Below are positions 63,051 through 63,188 of a DNA stretch of 63,188 bases, one piece after another (position 1 is the first letter of the stretch; every line of letters begins with the position of its first letter). Position numbers and translations under genes: made by a program. The notes under the pieces are model-generated. The model ran no database searches. It was not told where the DNA came from and worked only from the letters and a program-made list of their open reading frames with translations. Origin of the DNA: a virus (lineage: Duplodnaviria; Caudoviricetes); IMG/VR virus record IMGVR_UViG_3300013026_000023, positions 1-63,188 of that record; one strand, given 5' to 3'.

Positions 63051-63188
63051 ATGACAACAACAGCAGTGGACGTTGAACTACCCCTGTACCGCAAGCTAGA
63101 GGAAGACTGCGAGCAATACAGCCTGGAGCGGTACTATCAAGTCCTTCGCAGTACTCCAACCATAGCTAAAAGCTTGGTTGGGGGTGTA
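63051..63188 (+). CDS. ORF running off the window end (MTTTAVDVELPLYRKLEE...)
   Basis: promoter and RBS present; open to the last base. Confidence 0.55.
   Translation, partial: MTTTAVDVELPLYRKLEEDCEQYSLERYYQVLRSTPTIAKSLVGGV

Noticed and set aside
62055-63094. Short ORFs listed in the terminal region (62055, 62249, 62611, 62681, 62734, 62783)
   Set aside because: No RBS, mutually overlapping and low-complexity; better explained as non-coding.

Overview
This looks like a near-complete or complete ~63 kb tailed cyanophage genome of siphovirus type. The cyanobacterial host is supported by an nblA gene, more than 20 HIP1 (GCGATCGC) sites counted by eye, a short cyanophage-type class I RNR and a cyanobacterial IS605/TnpB relic. 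All core modules are present but scattered over both strands: terS; terL with an intein; DUF1073-type portal; DUF2213 protease/scaffold; DUF2184-type capsid; neck and tail genes; a frameshifting tail chaperone; a tape measure with two peptidoglycan hydrolase domains; tail tip and fibres; two endolysins and holins; and a replication set (initiator with iterons, primase-helicase, beta clamp, SF2 helicase, ERF, MTase). No integrase, tRNA or CRISPR was seen. Four observations stand out. (1) The portal is fused to an R-S-E ADP-ribosyltransferase through an acidic linker, an RxD motif and a Cys4 cassette; the same cassette is duplicated at DNA level in a neighbouring J-domain protein, suggesting a modular capsid-cargo (effector delivery) system. 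(2) A stand-alone ethylene-receptor-like Cu-binding membrane domain lies in a membrane-protein operon near the lysozyme. (3) NblA, a second NblA-like gene and a host-type ClpP could together form a phycobilisome-degradation kit. (4) A ~520-nt highly structured intergenic RNA carries group I intron-like core elements but has no exons to join. All family calls come from motif recognition by eye; no searches were run.
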